A DNA stretch of 63,881 bases, counting the filler, from Octopus bimaculoides (taxonomy: Eukaryota): the NCBI RefSeq assembly GCF_001194135.2. It is 8 parts of 8 records of this genome, joined end to end, with 100 filler letters (N's around TTAATTAATTAA, not from the genome) between each part and the next. Parts side by side here need not be neighbours in the genome. Positions count along the whole stretch, not along the records: positions 62,742 to 63,881 come from NW_026314727.1; 7 more parts are not named here. One strand, 5' to 3'. The notes beneath the pieces are model-generated. The model did no database searches. It saw nothing but the letters and a program-made list of their open reading frames with translations, and had not been told where the DNA came from. The position numbers and the translations under genes are program-made. Below, piece by piece: positions 62,742 through 63,881 of the stretch. The stretch's first letter is position 1. Every line of letters begins with the position of its first letter.

Positions 62742-63881
62742 TGAACGAAGACTCCTTGAACTCAGATCAATACTAATCAAAAGACATTACCAAATATCTT
62801 TAATAAATGTTGGAATCAAATAAGCTAAGGAAATAGACATACAAACATTAAGGGAAGTCAACCGAAATACTAAACCAGACTTAAAAATACTCCCATATAT
62901 CTCCACACATAATCCTAGAAACAACGAAGCCTTTAACGTTATCATCTAAAATCTTCCCATCCTCACAAGAGATAAAACAATGAACAAAATTTTAGACTCA
63001 CACAAAATTATTAAAAGTAAAATGCAACCTAAATCACAGAAAAAAATATTAAACAGGGCAAGACTGTATCCATTAACAACAGAACTAAAAGTGAAAAAAT
63101 GTGGTCGACCTAACTGTGGTACTTGCCCTCACCTTTTGGAGGGTTCAGAGTCCACTTTAAACAAGTTGAAATATTTTAGATTAAATCAAATTTCACCTGT
63201 GTCTCGGAAAATCTAATCTATGCCATTACATGCTTAGGGTGCAGTAATAACTATATTGGCCAAACAGGAATATCACTCCGTAGAAGAACCACTCTCCACA
63301 AAGAACAAATCCGCCACCGACATTACGGACAGATACAAGTCAGTGGACACATAGAAAGGTGTGCGAGGAATCTTAATCCCAATTTCCTAATTTTTCCCTT
63401 CTATCAATGTACACAAAATCCCTCAACACAACAAAGAATGAATAAAGAGGCGATTTTCATTAACAAATATCTTCTTCAACTAAATATTAACAGGTGACAT
63501 AATATAGAACACTACTAATCTTCTATTTAATACCAGTAACCCCCATAATCCCATACACCATTCACATTACAGATCCAGATCTATCCTAACTGCATCAAAT
63601 CCAGAACTACTTACCTCCTTTACACATAATCTTTTTACTAAGGGACTAATAGACTTGACACCGTTCAGAATTCGGTGTACATTCAAAGCAAGGATTAGTA
63701 ATATTACGAAACCGGTATGCTTTGAAATTTCTTTAACAACTCACAATAATGACTTTTATTACCTTTAATCCTACCACAGTTCATCTAATTGTATATATCT
63801 ATCGTTACTTTTCATAAAAACCCTTAATTTGTTTTGATTTCCAATGTGCATTTTCGCTTATTTTTCTGCTTACTTTCCCCT
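62742..63881 (+). mobile_element. Penelope-like element: RT thumb/linker, GIY-YIG endonuclease and 3' region
   Basis: CGRPNCGTCPHL linker, then FTCVSENLIYAITCLGCSNNYIGQTG..KEAIFINKY..LNINR* (stop ends at 63497). One frameshift and in-frame stops occur upstream. Confidence 0.92.
63682..63726 (+). ncRNA. Minimal type-I hammerhead-ribozyme-like fold with a variant core (A3,G4,U8)
   Basis: Stem I TTCAAAGCA/TGCTTTGAA (9 bp), 7-nt core AGGATTA, stem II GTA-ATAT-TAC, GAAA, minimal palindromic stem III C-CG-G, and a GUA cleavage triplet. It lies in the 3' region of a Penelope element. Confidence 0.6.

Overview
Eukaryotic, AT-rich, microsatellite- and transposon-dense genomic window with many N gaps. 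The SINE families, repeat landscape and gene content point to a coleoid cephalopod, probably Octopus (inference). Seven identical 44N-TTAATTAATTAA-44N spacers mark artificial scaffold joins, so order, orientation and distance across them are uncertain. Three host genes are recognisable: (1) two spliced exons of a FAM81-family coiled-coil gene (minus strand, 38854-35630); (2) three consecutive exons of an SLC17/sialin-like MFS transporter (plus strand, 44478-47749), whose 5' exons and last exon are not visible; (3) an intronless FBXL14/Ppa F-box-LRR gene (plus strand, 55798-57807) with a ~277-aa low-complexity N-terminal extension. The rest is mobile DNA: a deleted Helitron, RTE-clade LINEs, R4/Dong-like and HERO-like RLE retroelement ends, Penelope elements, mariner and maT(DD37D) fragments, several MITEs/foldbacks, many tRNA-derived SINEs, and mini/microsatellites. 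The most notable observations are a Penelope 3' minimal hammerhead-ribozyme fold with a covarying A3-U8 core, a head-to-tail stack of three Dong/R4-like ends joined by (AAT)n, a minisatellite expanded in only one arm of a foldback element, a MITE carrying telomere-like repeats, and sharp CpG-depleted domains. Most of the long ORFs in the supplied track are artefacts of N runs and microsatellites.
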